Shown: in pieces, positions 18,080 to 27,709 of the stretch
Position numbering within the stretch: the stretch's first letter is position 1
How the letters are laid out: each line of letters starts with the position of its first letter
Source of the DNA: a virus
Taxonomy: Duplodnaviria; Caudoviricetes
Strand: one strand, 5' to 3'
Virus record (IMG/VR): IMGVR_UViG_3300025154_000106
Location: 1 to 59,121 of that record
Length of the DNA: 59,121 nt
Translations under genes and position numbers: made by a program
Notes under the pieces: generated by a model
The model's input: only the letters and a program-made list of their open reading frames with translations
What the model was told of the DNA's origin: nothing
Databases searched by the model: none

Positions 18080-19801
18080 CTACTCCTTACATGCCCAGCT
18101 ATCCCCATGTCCTACCTCATAGATGAAAGGAACAGGAGAGTTTGGCACAGCTAATGCTACTGCATCTTTGAATGACTTATCTATTAGTTCTAAATAAGTG
18201 TCCAGTAATTCTTTTCTTACATCCAGTACAACCTCATCATGGATAAGCATGGTCAATCCAAAAGGTATACCTGCCTGCCTTGTGTACTCCAGTAAGAAGT
18301 ACGTCCATGGTTTCAGCATGTCAACCCCACCACCCTGATGTGGATAGTTCATACATGCACGTTCCCATCCATTGGAATGAATGTTGATATGGATTTTTCT
18401 GCCTGCTGGGGTACGTACATACTCATTCCTGTACCCTTCCTGTACCAGACGATCAACCATCCTCTTGACAGCAGGGAATTTCTTGAAGTAGTTATCAATA
18501 AACTCCTGACACTTCTCTACTGTCAGGTTCTCAATCTCTGGTGCTTTCTCTTTGAGGTTGGTATACAACCCATCTGCAGACAGACCATAAGCAATACCTA
18601 AGCCTACTTCCTTACCGATCTTTCTACGAGGATCAGACTTCTCTATCTCATCCAGTCCAAACAAAGTCTTAGCAACTGCACTGTGTACATCTTCTCCATT
18701 ATTGAAAGCAGCAATAAGGGTAGGGTCTTTGGATAGTAAGGCTGTAATCCTTGGCTCTTGTTGAGATACATCAGCTACTATGATTACCCCATCCTCACCA
18801 TACTTAGAGATAAAGAACTCTCTGAACACTGGCATCTTCCTTGATGGTATCTGCTGCAAGTTGGGGGAATTAGAACTCATACGACCAGACACAGCCCCCG
18901 TTACATTGAAGGAAGCCTGGACTAATCCATTCTCATCAGCATGTTTCTCTAACCATGACTCCCCGTATGTACTGACAGCTTTACGATAGGCTCGTGCTTC
19001 ACGTACTCCATCTACAAAAGGATGCCCAGCATGTTCAGCAAGGATTTCATCTCCAGTACTGTCAACCTTTATTCCTTCCTCAAGTAACCGTTGCTTAACC
19101 TGCTTGGGAGACATGACATTGACACCCAGCTGTGCCTCAAGGCTCTTGGCTTTGGAAGCATTGACTACTGACAGCTCTCGCCAGCGTACCTTATCTACCT
19201 TGACTGGGCTGAGGTTTACTACTACCCATACCATAGGGTTATCTATCTTTCCCAGCACAAAGTTAGACTTCTCATCTTCAGCTAATTGTTTGAACTGTAT
19301 TTCCTCTATCTTCCTTGTCCAGACTGCATCATCTATTGCATAGGCATTCAGTATGTCTGCATTGATGGTACGATCCTTGATGTCTTCGTACTTATCTTTC
19401 TCCAATACTACCCCGAAGTATCTGCGAACCATATCCTTCAGGGAAAAGTTAGTATAATACCCAGAGTATAAATCTTTCTCAGCCAGCATAGTATCATAGA
19501 TAGTATGCAGTGGGACACCAGGTCGTTGAATGTTACACAAAGCATTCAACTGGATAAGATCATACGTAGCATTCTGGAATACCCATACAGGCACATCCCA
19601 GAGTACATCCATTACAGGCTGCAGTAACTTGAGATCGTTGATCAGATAGTTTGTTCCATCTTCCATTGAGATAGAGAGACAAGCAAACGTACCATGTGGA
19701 ATGTGTAGTCGTTCCTTATCCTGGCCAAACATCTCCAAATCTATTGCAGCAAAGTTATTCTCCCCTATTACAGGGATTTCATTGACAGTGAAATCATTCA
19801 T
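18080..19801 (-). CDS. polA: Family A DNA polymerase with 3'-5' exonuclease domain
   Basis: Exo motifs IDLE, NATYD, YAIDD. SGRMSSNSPNLQQIP. Motif A ADVSQQEPRI, motif B RKIGKEVGLGIAYG, motif C IHDEV. Confidence 0.95.
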   Translation of the reverse strand: MNDFTVNEIPVIGENNFAAIDLEMFGQDKERLHIPHGTFACLSISMEDGTNYLINDLKLLQPVMDVLWDVPVWVFQNATYDLIQLNALCNIQRPGVPLHTIYDTMLAEKDLYSGYYTNFSLKDMVRRYFGVVLEKDKYEDIKDRTINADILNAYAIDDAVWTRKIEEIQFKQLAEDEKSNFVLGKIDNPMVWVVVNLSPVKVDKVRWRELSVVNASKAKSLEAQLGVNVMSPKQVKQRLLEEGIKVDSTGDEILAEHAGHPFVDGVREARAYRKAVSTYGESWLEKHADENGLVQASFNVTGAVSGRMSSNSPNLQQIPSRKMPVFREFFISKYGEDGVIIVADVSQQEPRITALLSKDPTLIAAFNNGEDVHSAVAKTLFGLDEIEKSDPRRKIGKEVGLGIAYGLSADGLYTNLKEKAPEIENLTVEKCQEFIDNYFKKFPAVKRMVDRLVQEGYRNEYVRTPAGRKIHINIHSNGWERACMNYPHQGGGVDMLKPWTYFLLEYTRQAGIPFGLTMLIHDEVVLDVRKELLDTYLELIDKSFKDAVALAVPNSPVPFIYEVGHGDSWACKE

Positions 19802-20018
19802 GTTGATTCCAGTCCCAAACTATTGTGTGCATTATTGGGGATACTACAGGTATCTCTTCTCCCTCTTTTACTTCACGGAGTTCTGGGTGCTCAACAACCA
19901 TTCCAAGTGTGTTGTCTGTAGAATCCAGCCAGACTTCTTCAATCGTAGTTTCTATTGGCATGCGTAGTACCTCCTTTAGGTAATCAATATCCAGCTTAAA
20001 TACTGCTAAGTTATTCAT
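19794..20018 (-). CDS. Hypothetical protein
   Basis: AAGGAG RBS, overlaps the polA start. Confidence 0.55.
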   Translation of the reverse strand: MNNLAVFKLDIDYLKEVLRMPIETTIEEVWLDSTDNTLGMVVEHPELREVKEGEEIPVVSPIMHTIVWDWNQHE

Positions 20019-20031
20019 CTTTCTCCTTTAT

Positions 20032-20232
20032 TTAATATGTATACCCACAAGAATCACACTCTCCTCTGTGGTACTCGTAGTCCATCCATGCTCTGTCCTT
20101 ATCCCAAAGAACAACTTGAGAAACTATGCCAGTTTCCTGCAGTTCATACTCAACTACCTCTGCTAGACTACAGTAGTAATCAAATAATCTCTGCCCTTCT
20201 GCACACAACTTCAACTCACCTTTTATTTCCAT
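20032..20232 (-). CDS. Hypothetical protein, possibly Zn-binding
   Basis: GGAG RBS, C-terminal HxxxCxxC. Confidence 0.55.
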   Translation of the reverse strand: MEIKGELKLCAEGQRLFDYYCSLAEVVEYELQETGIVSQVVLWDKDRAWMDYEYHRGECDSCGYTY

Positions 20233-20240
20233 CTTACTCC

Positions 20241-21431
20241 TTACACACTGTTAAGATTGAACCAACCCCAGCTCTGGCTACCCCATGAAGCCTTGCCATC
20301 AAAGTCAACCTGTATTGCACCAACCCCACCCTCTTTGTATCCGAACCTTGACTTACCTATAATCAGATAGCCCTTGCCCGGTATGGCTGGTAGCCTGTCA
20401 TCAGAACCCTGAGTAGCAAAGATCTGATTGGGATTGTAAATCAGTATGATCAGTGCTCCCAATGCTTCTGCTAACCCTGAGTACCTGAGATGGTTGATCT
20501 TTGGTACACCACCTGTATAGTTTCTGTTCAGTTGACTGAGCAAGAATACTGGTGCTCCTGCTGTGTTCTTCTTAGCAAGGTTCGCACACTTCCTATACAC
20601 ATACGCCATTGATTGTTCATCTTCCTCCTTCTCTATAAGTAAGTCTGAGAAATCTATGAAGACTGCATACACATTCATGGTATTGCATAACCTCATAGCA
20701 TCAGCATAGACTTCATCTGCACTCATTATCTCTTCACAAATAATAACATGGGACTGTTGTTCTACTGTAAGCCCAGTCATGGAGACCTGTAAGATACGCC
20801 TTGCTATCTGTCCTGTTGTCATCTCTAAGGTATAGAGCAGAACTGTTTTCAATTGCTTAGCTAAGCCTGCTATGATCTTGGCAATCAAAGATGTTTTTCC
20901 CGTGCCAGGGGGGCCGGCTATGATGGTAAGACCTGACTCCGGTACACCTACCATGCTCATGTCTCCGGGATCTCCAAGGTGCTCATCAATAGGGGAGTAG
21001 TATGTCCGTCTCCAGATAGGAGAAGTATCCTCTACATCTGACATGCGTACATACTTACCCTTGTAGTCCTCTGTCTTATCCATCAGGGCTACGATCTTAT
21101 CTATCTGTATGTTCTCTCCACGTTCCAGTACCCTGATCTGATCCTTGAAAGTTTTGATCTGTTCTTCCCTACGATAGGCAGACATCAATAGCTTCAGCAA
21201 TTCCTCAATGGTATTCTCTGTGAACTTTACAGTATGGGCTGCCTCCCTTGCTGCCTGTATGGGTAACAGTCCTACAATATCTAGCAGCTCAGCAGGTGTC
21301 TTACCATCCTTGGTCTTGGAGATGATGATGTCGTAGGGTGCAGCAAGGTAAGATGGGATGACATAATCAGCAGACATCTTACCTTCCAGTACTAGCCCTG
21401 CACAGATCTCTGATATATCTGTATGCTTCAC
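20241..21431 (-). CDS. dnaB: DnaB-like replicative helicase
   Basis: Walker A GPPGTGKT, TLEM, FIDF, LLSQLNR, LRYSG and KSRFG motifs. Confidence 0.9.
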   Translation of the reverse strand: MKHTDISEICAGLVLEGKMSADYVIPSYLAAPYDIIISKTKDGKTPAELLDIVGLLPIQAAREAAHTVKFTENTIEELLKLLMSAYRREEQIKTFKDQIRVLERGENIQIDKIVALMDKTEDYKGKYVRMSDVEDTSPIWRRTYYSPIDEHLGDPGDMSMVGVPESGLTIIAGPPGTGKTSLIAKIIAGLAKQLKTVLLYTLEMTTGQIARRILQVSMTGLTVEQQSHVIICEEIMSADEVYADAMRLCNTMNVYAVFIDFSDLLIEKEEDEQSMAYVYRKCANLAKKNTAGAPVFLLSQLNRNYTGGVPKINHLRYSGLAEALGALIILIYNPNQIFATQGSDDRLPAIPGKGYLIIGKSRFGYKEGGVGAIQVDFDGKASWGSQSWGWFNLNSV

Positions 21432-21640
21432 GGTTGTTCCCTGATATGGTAGCCTATTTGTTGTAGACTAATTACTAGATCGTTGTATTTGTACTCAACA
21501 AGATACAGTCTGCCAAGTTCCATCCTCATCCTAGCATTCTCGCTGATCAATTCTTCATACATGTTTTCTTTGTTGTAGTGCTCAAGCTCTAACCAATACT
21601 CAATGGGTTTACCTAAGAATATATCACCAAAGTTATTCAT
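21428..21640 (-). CDS. Hypothetical protein
   Basis: Coupled ORF. Confidence 0.5.
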   Translation of the reverse strand: MNNFGDIFLGKPIEYWLELEHYNKENMYEELISENARMRMELGRLYLVEYKYNDLVISLQQIGYHIREQP

Positions 21641-21839
21641 CTTCTATCTCCGAGATGTCTACCAGATCTACCAGCACAGTCCCACCTCTCCACAGCTTAT
21701 CCCATATTCCATGGTCACTGCTGTTCTTACTCCAGAACATATCTGTTTTCACAATAGCAGCAGGGAAACCTTCCTCATCCTGTATCTCTGTTATCTCCCA
21801 GTAACCTGCTATCTTTCTTGGAACTAATTTTATAATCAC
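21633..21839 (-). CDS. Hypothetical protein
   Basis: Coupled ORF. Confidence 0.5.
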   Translation of the reverse strand: MIIKLVPRKIAGYWEITEIQDEEGFPAAIVKTDMFWSKNSSDHGIWDKLWRGGTVLVDLVDISEIEDE

Positions 21840-22678
21840 AGTACACTCCTTATTGCATTGATCATAGATTGTCCATACCCCTCAAGGTATAGATCATTCG
21901 GGTCTTTACACTCAGAGGGATAGGGGTACTCTACTACTCTACCTCTCCATCCCAGCTTACGGTACATGTCCCTGGCTTTCCCTTCTTCATCCTTATCAGG
22001 AAAGAATACAATAGGTTTCCTTACCCAGTCCAGTAGATTTAGATTGATTGTCTTACCATAGATAGATGACGCTGCAGGTATCCTCATCTTGGTAAGGGTA
22101 ATGGCATCCAAGATACCAAATGTAATTACTAAGTAATCACCCCTCCTTGCCAAGTACCAGTCAGGAAAGTATAGGCCAGCTGTACTCTTGATGACATAGC
22201 GTAGACCTGTAGCCTGTTGGATGTGCTGACCTGCCCTCAATACCATGCCCTTGTAAGCATCATCATAGTCATAGGTAGGGAAGGTATACCATCCGTTGTA
22301 CCATCCTATCTTTTGGGGTAGGATCTGATCTTCAATACCTCTCAGCCTTAGATACCATGCCAGACTTTCAGAGAACCTTACTAAGGTTTCGTGCGCATCC
22401 ATGGCAAAGTACTCTGAGTTGGTAGGGATGGGGGGTATGTGGTAATCGGTTACTTCTTGTCTGATCCTATGGCTGGTAGTTGTCCAGCCATGCAGTACCT
22501 TGTGTAAGGTATGTAAATCACCACTTTTCCCACACCCCAGACACTTGAACCACCCATCCTTGAACAAAAGAAAGGAAGGTTTTGTATCATCATGGAAGGG
22601 ACATAACGCTGAGTAATACTTCTCATACTCTTTGAGTTGTTGTAGCTTAGGCAGTACTTGAGATAGTGTTATCTTCAT
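21836..22678 (-). CDS. dnaG: DNA primase (CHC2 zinc finger plus TOPRIM)
   Basis: CPFHDDTKPSF, CLGCG, FPDKDEEG and KDPNDL motifs. Confidence 0.85.
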   Translation of the reverse strand: MKITLSQVLPKLQQLKEYEKYYSALCPFHDDTKPSFLLFKDGWFKCLGCGKSGDLHTLHKVLHGWTTTSHRIRQEVTDYHIPPIPTNSEYFAMDAHETLVRFSESLAWYLRLRGIEDQILPQKIGWYNGWYTFPTYDYDDAYKGMVLRAGQHIQQATGLRYVIKSTAGLYFPDWYLARRGDYLVITFGILDAITLTKMRIPAASSIYGKTINLNLLDWVRKPIVFFPDKDEEGKARDMYRKLGWRGRVVEYPYPSECKDPNDLYLEGYGQSMINAIRSVL

Positions 22679-23082
22679 TGTATTGGTTCTAAATCCATAA
22701 CTGAATCAGGAAAGAATGAGAAGATACCAAAGGTTTGATTGCTTGCTTGTGCACTGAATAACCAACCATTCATTTCTATCTTAGTATTAGTAAGACTTAC
22801 ATCTTCTAAAGGATTAACTGATTCATACGATTCAACATACTCTTTAGCTCGTTCAAACTTATCTGTATAGTATGGTACAGATGCTGCTTGAATGATGATA
22901 ACGAACCCGAATATTACTATTAAACACACACTGAAATACTGCACAAAAAAGTACTCATTATATTCATCAAGTACCCTGGTAGCAATATAAACTGCGAGCA
23001 GAAAACCAACAACTAAAATCCATCCTAACATAATAAGTATGGGGCAGAGCATTACACCCTGCCCCTTCTCCTTTCTATTCAA
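22675..23082 (-). CDS. Membrane protein
   Basis: Two hydrophobic segments. Confidence 0.55.
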   Translation of the reverse strand: MNRKEKGQGVMLCPILIMLGWILVVGFLLAVYIATRVLDEYNEYFFVQYFSVCLIVIFGFVIIIQAASVPYYTDKFERAKEYVESYESVNPLEDVSLTNTKIEMNGWLFSAQASNQTFGIFSFFPDSVMDLEPIQ

Positions 23083-23869
23083 AACCTAGCTTAGCAAGTA
23101 GAGCTACAATCTCTTCCTTGTCCTTACCCTCTGCAGTTTGAGCAGCCTTGCGTAGTTGATCAATAGCAGGGTTGGGGCTGACAACTTCCTCTTTAGCTGG
23201 AGGTTCAGCTGGTTCAACAACTTCTGACTCATCATCAGGTGCTGGAACAATAGTGTCTACCCATCCCTTGTTATTGAGACTAATCACGACTGTCTTATCT
23301 TTCTTCAATAACATCTTCTCAACATACGGAAGTACATTCTCACTGAATGGGATGTCGTCAGCCCCAAAGTCTACACCCAACACCTGTAAGAAGTCTTCCA
23401 ATTTCTGTGACCCATCACCCTTGATCATGGTTATCCCATGCTCGTACTCGAGGAAAGCATAGAATAAATTGTTACTGATCTGATATTTCTTCCATTTCTT
23501 TGGGGATTGAATTTCAAACAGAGCAGTAAACTCAAGATGTTCTGGGATTTTGTATGGCTTTCCTGCACCTGACGTACCAGTCCTTGCATCAACTTTCTTT
23601 GCTACTGGTGGCTCACCTTCACGAGACCAGAAACCAATAAACTTGCAGAAGTATGAACCACCAATAGGTTTGGCAGAAAAGATTTTGTTGTTGTCTCCCG
23701 ACAACACTACGATCTGGCGACCTGAGATCATGTAGTCTGGTGCATCCTCACGAATTACATCAATGACCTGACCGCCTTCTTCAAACTCAACACGTACTCT
23801 ACTGGAAGTAACCGTTACTTCGGCTACCCCACTCGCACCCTTACCACCACGTACAACTGGAATAGGCAT
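23075..23869 (-). CDS. Putative single-stranded DNA-binding protein
   Basis: Beta-rich core with an acidic Pro-rich C-terminal region, upstream of primase/helicase. Strong RBS. Confidence 0.4.
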   Translation of the reverse strand: MPIPVVRGGKGASGVAEVTVTSSRVRVEFEEGGQVIDVIREDAPDYMISGRQIVVLSGDNNKIFSAKPIGGSYFCKFIGFWSREGEPPVAKKVDARTGTSGAGKPYKIPEHLEFTALFEIQSPKKWKKYQISNNLFYAFLEYEHGITMIKGDGSQKLEDFLQVLGVDFGADDIPFSENVLPYVEKMLLKKDKTVVISLNNKGWVDTIVPAPDDESEVVEPAEPPAKEEVVSPNPAIDQLRKAAQTAEGKDKEEIVALLAKLGFE

Positions 23870-23883
23870 TACAATCTCCTCAT

Positions 23884-24243
23884 CTAAAATGTTTTACTTC
23901 TACCACGAAACTCGTTGTAGTTCTCCTCAATTGCTGAGGCCAGCTGATCAGCTATCATTACTGAACCACGGGGGGTCAGTACGATAATGTCCTGATCTTT
24001 ATAATAATGAACCACTTCACTCAGAGGTATAGTAACTTCAACATAGATATGGTTGACTGAATAGCCCATGCCATAGGGTTTGTACTGTACTCTGTCTGGT
24101 GAAAGTTGACCCATTGGTAGATAGATTGATACTGATTCATTCTCTTTGTTTACCCGTACCTTGCGGATGTCAGTCCACGTATCATTTGTATAAGTGGAGG
24201 TAACAAAGCAATCTTCATTGATTGGATCTTGATTTTCAGACAT
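23884..24243 (-). CDS. Hypothetical protein
   Basis: GAAAGGA RBS. Confidence 0.55.
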   Translation of the reverse strand: MSENQDPINEDCFVTSTYTNDTWTDIRKVRVNKENESVSIYLPMGQLSPDRVQYKPYGMGYSVNHIYVEVTIPLSEVVHYYKDQDIIVLTPRGSVMIADQLASAIEENYNEFRGRSKTF

Positions 24244-24308
24244 TAGTTATTTCCTTTCGTAGATATAAGCTGATACCATTACGGTCTTGCCAGTATATGT
24301 TAGGGTAA

Positions 24309-24491
24309 TCATCTCCTTCCGTTTACAGATTCTTTCCAAGCAGTCATGGCTTCGATAGCCTTATCGACATCTGGTTCGGAGAGCCTGAGCTGTGGGTTAG
24401 ACCACGTACCGAACTTCATGTGCATCACGACTGCATCTTGGCTGGTTGTATCCCAATCAATACTAACTTTTGTTTTTATTAATTCATCCAT
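24309..24491 (-). CDS. Hypothetical protein
   Basis: GGAG RBS, coupled to the helicase stop. Confidence 0.5.
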   Translation of the reverse strand: MDELIKTKVSIDWDTTSQDAVVMHMKFGTWSNPQLRLSEPDVDKAIEAMTAWKESVNGRR

Positions 24492-26032
24492 TATTCTCCT
24501 ACTTGTAGTAAATCATTCACGGGTATGTCATCAAAGTTTATGACCTGTCCCAATACTTCTTGTTTCTTCTGTATGATCTGATGTATGCGGTCATCTATTG
24601 TACCCTTGGCTATGATGTAGTGTACCGTAACGGGATTGACTTGACCTATCCTATGGATACGTGAGTATACCTGTTCCTCTTTACCGGGACTCCACGATCT
24701 CTCAACAAAGATAAGAGTTGAGGCTGAGTAAAGGTTGATCCCTTCCCCACCTGCCTCAGATATAATAGCTACCCGTACATCTGGATCATTCAGGAATGTA
24801 GAAACTAAATCATTACGATCTTTCTGTGGTGTATCACCAACAATCTTTATCATTTTATAATCTTTTAGTTTCTTTTCCAACTCTGCCACCACTGCTTTGT
24901 GTATGGCAAACAGCACTACCTTCTCACCACCATTCAATACTTCCTCAGCTAACTCAACGCCCGGCTCTACCTTGAGCATACCAATAGCCTGACGTACAGC
25001 CATGAACCGTTGGGAGTTAGACTTAGACTTGGTATCTTCTGTTGCCAGCTTGAGTGCATCGAAGTATTGTGTAACCAGTTTCTCAGTCTCACTGATGTAC
25101 GGGAAGTAGTTCTTTGTTACAGGTGGGAGATCTTTCAATACTTCCTGCTTCGTTCTGCGTAACATGATATGACTTAGCTTTTCTTTTAGTTCAGGTAAGT
25201 TGTCAGCCCCATCAAAGTCCCAATGTCCGAAGTGATCTTGCTTAGCATCACAGTATCTATGTGCAAACTTCCAGAAGGAACTCCACACGGTGGGAAGCAG
25301 TAAGTTTAGTATTGGGAATAATTCTTTTGGTCTATTGAGGAAAGGTGTACCTGATAATCCTATTACATTTGGTGCATTCAATAAGCGTGAGGCTCGTGAT
25401 CTCTGTGATCTCATGTCCTTGAGGTAGTGTATTTCATCATAGATAACCAGATCAAAACTGAAACCTCTCATCATGTATACCCTGTTAGTAAACACAGGAT
25501 AAGAACAGATCAATACTCTTGGTTTGTTATTGAAATCTTTTGTGAACCCCTGAATAACTTCTGAGTCCCATCCCAACCACTCCTTGATCTTCTCCTTCCA
25601 CATGTATGTTACACTGGCTGGACTGACTATCAATACCTTGGCTGGTGCTGTCTCTTCCATGTATGCCAGGGTTTGGATGGTCTTCCCTAACCCTGGATGG
25701 TCAGCTAACAATGCCCTACCACCTGAAGCATGAAGGAACTCAAGTCCCTCTACCTGATAGGGGTACAGTTTTGTACGTGATGTCTTGGTAACCTTATGAT
25801 TGTTACGGGATAACTTCAGTGTAACTGCATCAATAAAGAAACCATACTCACGTGCGAAGGAAGCAACAAACAAAGCGTGCATCTTGGTGGGGGGTAAGTA
25901 CCATAACTTTTCATCACCATCAAAACGTGCATCAGGTATTGCTTTTACTTTTTCTTTCAGTCCATTTGAATAGGGGAACTCTAATTCTATTCTATATTTT
26001 TCAGGATTATAAGTGATCGCCTTTACTGTCAT
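24491..26032 (-). CDS. SNF2-family (SMARCAL1/HARP-like) helicase/annealing ATPase
   Basis: LYPYQ, ADHPGLGKT, DEIH, LSGTP, GEGINL and QVYSRIHRIGQ motifs, with an N-terminal HARP-like segment. ATG 26032 has a GAGG RBS. Confidence 0.9.
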   Translation of the reverse strand: MTVKAITYNPEKYRIELEFPYSNGLKEKVKAIPDARFDGDEKLWYLPPTKMHALFVASFAREYGFFIDAVTLKLSRNNHKVTKTSRTKLYPYQVEGLEFLHASGGRALLADHPGLGKTIQTLAYMEETAPAKVLIVSPASVTYMWKEKIKEWLGWDSEVIQGFTKDFNNKPRVLICSYPVFTNRVYMMRGFSFDLVIYDEIHYLKDMRSQRSRASRLLNAPNVIGLSGTPFLNRPKELFPILNLLLPTVWSSFWKFAHRYCDAKQDHFGHWDFDGADNLPELKEKLSHIMLRRTKQEVLKDLPPVTKNYFPYISETEKLVTQYFDALKLATEDTKSKSNSQRFMAVRQAIGMLKVEPGVELAEEVLNGGEKVVLFAIHKAVVAELEKKLKDYKMIKIVGDTPQKDRNDLVSTFLNDPDVRVAIISEAGGEGINLYSASTLIFVERSWSPGKEEQVYSRIHRIGQVNPVTVHYIIAKGTIDDRIHQIIQKKQEVLGQVINFDDIPVNDLLQVGE

Positions 26033-26078
26033 ACCAATCCTCTCTAGTTTATAAGGTCGTAACCAAACTTGTAGATAT

Positions 26079-26106
26079 ATCTTACCACGAATAAAATGGA
26101 TTGCAA
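26079..26106 (-). promoter_or_regulatory. Promoter for the leftward replication operon
   Basis: On the minus strand: TTGCAA, 16 bp, TAAGAT with a TG extension. Confidence 0.5.
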
Positions 26107-26151
26107 GGGGCAAATGTTCTATCTTAGATTAGAAAATTCTCATCTGATTGT

Positions 26152-26180
26152 TTGGTATTAGAAAGGGAAAGTGGTATAAT
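26152..26180 (+). promoter_or_regulatory. Promoter for the rightward 26.2-27.7 kb operon
   Basis: TTGGTA, 17 bp, TATAAT with a TG extension, followed by an AAGGAG RBS. Confidence 0.65.
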
Positions 26181-26199
26181 AAAGGGGAAGGAGAATAAC

Positions 26200-26526
26200 A
26201 TGGAAGAAAAAGAATATGTAAATTATACAAGGATACCAAACATAATACTAGATGACGAAAGGGTGTCAGTCTATGCACTGAATTTGTACGCAGTAATACT
26301 AAGAACATGTAAGATACACAAGATGTGTTGGAAGAGTATAGATACTCTAACCAAAGAAGCTAAGATGAGCAGGACGTTAGTAATAAAGTCGCGGAAGGAA
26401 TTGGAAAAACTTGGATACATTGAGACGGGAACATTTCAGGATGGAAATTTATTAAGGTATGGATCGAGACCAACAGATATAAAAGATACAAACGAAAAGT
26501 ACCAGTCCATATATGGACTCTATTAA
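26200..26526 (+). CDS. Winged-helix (HTH_36-like) protein resembling the N-terminus of phage replication initiators
   Basis: YTRIPNIILDD, CWKSIDTL, MSRTLVIKSRKELEKLGYI. Confidence 0.7.
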   Translation: MEEKEYVNYTRIPNIILDDERVSVYALNLYAVILRTCKIHKMCWKSIDTLTKEAKMSRTLVIKSRKELEKLGYIETGTFQDGNLLRYGSRPTDIKDTNEKYQSIYGLY

Positions 26527-26578
26527 TAGTCTTATATATAGTTATAATTAACAGTTACTTGAGTCCATATATGGACTG
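26503..26578. repeat. Two copies of palindrome AGTCCATATATGGACT flanking an AT-rich spacer (candidate origin or operator)
   Basis: Copies at 26504-26519 and 26562-26577. With flanking bases they form an 18-bp inverted repeat. Confidence 0.85.
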
Positions 26579-26614
26579 CTGAACAGGGGCTTTTTGAAAA
26601 ATAAATCAGAGTAA

Positions 26615-27034
26615 ATGGCAGCTACACGCATGAATAAACTAACAGAAGATATGAGAAACGAATACAAAGAGAGAAGGAAGATGAGCAAGGAAGATTGGAA
26701 GTATATCTATGTGCTTACCCAAACGATCTACCCTTTTCTTATCAAACGTCTTGAGCAGTTCGTCAGTACGTGGGGGGCAGAGAACATACAGCTTGATCAT
26801 ACCTTGATGGACTACCCACCCAGGATCATGGTCTTTGCTGACTTCAGTAGGGGTGGGAAGATGTTAGAAGATTTTGGTACTATGATGGGTGAGTATTGTA
26901 TCAAGTTCAACCTTGTATCATGGTGTATTGATGGGCATGTACCACATGGATGGGACGTAAGAAAGAATTACATATTGAAAAAGGATATAGAGAAAGAGAT
27001 GGAGATAAAAGATAAGTATGAATCCAATGGATAG
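26615..27034 (+). CDS. Hypothetical protein
   Basis: ORF in the rightward operon. Confidence 0.55.
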   Translation: MAATRMNKLTEDMRNEYKERRKMSKEDWKYIYVLTQTIYPFLIKRLEQFVSTWGAENIQLDHTLMDYPPRIMVFADFSRGGKMLEDFGTMMGEYCIKFNLVSWCIDGHVPHGWDVRKNYILKKDIEKEMEIKDKYESNG

Positions 27035-27500
27035 AAAGATAGTTATTGATCTATACAATGAGATGGTAGCAGAGAGGGGTAAGGAAGTTTCGTATCGTGA
27101 AGTGGCAGAGGAGTTAGCCAGTCGAGGGGTATTCAATCCAGATACACGCAAGCCCTATACCTTATCGACCATGTATTATATTCTTTCACGTACCCCCGAA
27201 GGTAAGAAGAACAGGAAGCAACAGGTCAAGAAGCAACCGTTACTTATCCTGATGAGGAAGTACCCGAAGATCAGTCAGTGGATGGTAGATAACTTAGAGG
27301 GTGAGGTTATAGATGAGTTCGCAGTTACACCTGAGATCGTAAAGGGCAAGCACGTGTATGGTTTTGCTGATGTACCCAGCATGATGGGAGCAAGTAAGAT
27401 GTGGTGGGTATGCAGGGGTAACAGTAAGGTATTGATAACCGAGGATGAGATACCAGAGGATGTAACATGGAGACAGGTAGAGATAAGGGTACTGTATTGA
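27018..27500 (+). CDS. HTH protein fused to a Csx16-like domain
   Basis: N-terminal YREVAEELASRG..NP....YTLSTMYYIL (recombinase-type HTH). C-terminal VTPEIVKGKHVYG resembles Csx16-like proteins. Confidence 0.45.
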   Translation: MNPMDRKIVIDLYNEMVAERGKEVSYREVAEELASRGVFNPDTRKPYTLSTMYYILSRTPEGKKNRKQQVKKQPLLILMRKYPKISQWMVDNLEGEVIDEFAVTPEIVKGKHVYGFADVPSMMGASKMWWVCRGNSKVLITEDEIPEDVTWRQVEIRVLY

Positions 27501-27709
27501 TAGACAGATGTTATGTTTGCTTGAAACCAGCAGTCAATACCCATGAGATAGTACCGAGAAGTAAGGGTGGTGAGCTGGAGAGTTCTAATCAGGTAAGGCT
27601 ATGTCTTTCCTGCCATGAGAAGATACACCGAGAGGGTACAGCCAAGTGGCAGGAAAGATTATTGTTAGCCAAGCAATACTATGAGGAAGTCTTTATTCCA
27701 GATCAATAA
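27467..27709 (+). CDS. Small HNH endonuclease
   Basis: CYVC, THEI..RSKGG, N...LCLSCHEKIH. Confidence 0.8.
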   Translation: METGRDKGTVLIDRCYVCLKPAVNTHEIVPRSKGGELESSNQVRLCLSCHEKIHREGTAKWQERLLLAKQYYEEVFIPDQ

